DNA of 64,000 nt. Origin: an uncultured bacterium (lineage in GTDB: Bacteria; Poribacteria; WGA-4E; WGA-3G). The stretch is from contig CAZGAW010000001.1 of assembly GCA_964523645.1 (NCBI GenBank), positions 3,305 to 67,304 on the forward strand, written 5' to 3'. Below the pieces are notes generated by a model. The model saw nothing but the letters and a program-made list of their open reading frames with translations, was not told the DNA's origin and ran no database searches. This document shows, one piece after another, positions 62,788 through 64,000 of the stretch (position 1 is the stretch's first letter; every line of letters begins with the position of its first letter). Made by a program: the position numbers and the translations under genes.

Positions 62788-63669
62788 TCAGACTTCAGCG
62801 GTATAGATTGGAGTGCCGGTGCTATGTGCAAGCTGCCGAAATGCAGCAATTAGTTTTTCGGTCACTTTTCCGGGTTGCCCATCCCCAATAGCGCGTCGGT
62901 CTATTTTCACGACAGGGATAACCTCGGCAGCCGTGCCGGTTAAAAAACATTCATCAGCGATGTAAAGATCATGCCGTGTAAAAACGCGTTCTTCAACTTG
63001 CATGCCAGCGTCGCGTGCGAGATCGATAACGCTGTTTCGTGTCACACCTTCCAAAATACCCATGTGAACTGGCGGCGTGACGAGAATATCATTCTTTACC
63101 CAGAAAATATTGTCGCCGCTACATTCGACGACGTAACCTTCTGCGTTGAGCATCAGAACCTCTTCAGCACCCGACTGTTTACCTTCAATTTTTGCTAAGA
63201 TATTGTTTAGATAGTTCAGAGACTTAATTCGTGGGTTAATGGCTTCTGCATAATTCCTTCGAACAGAGACAGTTACGATTTCCAATCCTTCTTCATAGAA
63301 CTTTTGTGGGTATAAGGTGATTTTATCTGCAATAATTATGATACTCGGCTTTGGACATTTATCTGGATCCAGTCCGAGATCCCCTACGCCGCGAGTGACA
63401 ACCAATCGAATATAGGCTTCTGTGAGGTTATTTCGACGGAGTGTTTCCAGAACCGTTTCCTTCATTGTTTCAACGGGGATCGGAATCTGTAACATAATTG
63501 ATTTCGCAGAATCGTAGATTCGCTCAAGGTGTTCATCGAGTTTAAAGACTCTACCGTTATAAGATCGGATGCCCTCAAAAACACCGTCCCCGTAGAGCAA
63601 ACCGTGGTCAAACACTGAGACTTTTGCTTCTGCTTTCGGTAAAAACTCCCCGTCGATATAAATCAACAT
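62788..63669 (-). CDS. ilvE: Branched-chain amino acid aminotransferase (fold type IV)
   Basis: DHGLLYGDGVFEGIR, the catalytic-Lys region, and EC.G.N.F..K..I..TPP / GITR motifs. Confidence 0.9.
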   Translation of the reverse strand: MLIYIDGEFLPKAEAKVSVFDHGLLYGDGVFEGIRSYNGRVFKLDEHLERIYDSAKSIMLQIPIPVETMKETVLETLRRNNLTEAYIRLVVTRGVGDLGLDPDKCPKPSIIIIADKITLYPQKFYEEGLEIVTVSVRRNYAEAINPRIKSLNYLNNILAKIEGKQSGAEEVLMLNAEGYVVECSGDNIFWVKNDILVTPPVHMGILEGVTRNSVIDLARDAGMQVEERVFTRHDLYIADECFLTGTAAEVIPVVKIDRRAIGDGQPGKVTEKLIAAFRQLAHSTGTPIYTAEV

Positions 63670-63753
63670 ATATGTTTCCTTCCACGTAAATAGGACTTTA
63701 TTATTTTTCGTACATTTGAACGACTCATAAATTTGTTAAAAAATCCGTCCGCC

Positions 63754-64000
63754 TTAATTTACCCGTAGCCCCGATTTTTCGGGTGCGGTTTTGGCATCAA
63801 CAACCTTTCCGTCAATGAGTTGGACGATCCGGTCCACCCGTTGCGCAAGTTCTTGGTTGTGCGTTACAATGACAAAAGTCTGTCCAGATTCAGCGTTCAA
63901 ATTCCATAGAAGCTCTAACACCGATTCGCTACTTCGTCGGTCGAGATTGCCAGTCGGTTCATCAGCCAGTACAACCTTTGGTTGATTGATGAGTGAGCGC
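63754..64000 (-). CDS. ABC transporter ATP-binding protein, C-terminal part (LolD/MacB-type); partial at window end
   Basis: The reverse-strand translation reads RSLINQPKVVLADEPTGNLD...FVIVTHNQELA...DGKV (Walker B, D-loop, H-loop). It is absent from the ORF track because its start lies outside the window. Confidence 0.75.
   Translation of the reverse strand, partial: RSLINQPKVVLADEPTGNLDRRSSESVLELLWNLNAESGQTFVIVTHNQELAQRVDRIVQLIDGKVVDAKTAPEKSGLRVN

Noticed and set aside
1-64000. tRNA, rRNA, tmRNA, RNase P or riboswitch genes; prophage or transposase genes
   Set aside because: Reading the intergenic regions by eye, I found no cloverleaf-like segments, no rRNA-like blocks and no recognisable riboswitch cores. 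No integrase, transposase or phage structural ORFs appear in the track. A tRNAscan-SE or Infernal run would be needed to be certain.

Overview
This 64-kb window comes from a diderm (Gram-negative-type) bacterium, shown by a bamA-skp-lpxD cluster. GC content looks to be in the high 40s % by eye. I cannot assign a taxon; several gene families (many PhyH, TPR and M16 genes, a GGGPS/UbiA pair) fit an FCB-like or candidate-phylum genome. About 80% of the window is ordinary chromosome: uvrB, thrC, scpAB, xylA, cstA, dnaJ-grpE-prmA, ilvE, three M16 peptidases, and sugar and redox enzymes. The stand-out region is a ~12-kb accessory island (about 36.3-48.0 kb) between uvrB and a gluconolactonase gene. 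It holds (i) a PLD-nuclease/SNF2-helicase fusion (1087 aa) and a 1196-aa gamma-class N6-adenine methyltransferase with a TaqI/Eco57I-type specificity domain, separated by a HigB/HigA module. I read this as a split, Type ISP/DISARM-like restriction candidate. It also holds (ii) an array of about 200-bp MITE-like repeats with 17-18-nt inverted ends. These repeats bracket a PIN/AbrB toxin-antitoxin pair and a GxxExxY nuclease-fold gene, and they sit next to ghost copies of the methyltransferase 3' end. Other points of interest: an archaeal-type ether-lipid gene pair (GGGPS plus a DGGGPS-like UbiA protein); an A_AAA_AAG slippery site joining a signal-peptide ORF to its mature domain; REP-like hairpins with GTAG heads in many intergenic gaps; a foldback element with ~115-bp arms; a decayed PhyH pseudogene; and a novel duplicated secreted domain. 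I found no rRNA, tRNA or CRISPR. Coordinates taken from the ORF track are exact. Coordinates read by eye from the raw sequence may be off by 1-3 nt.
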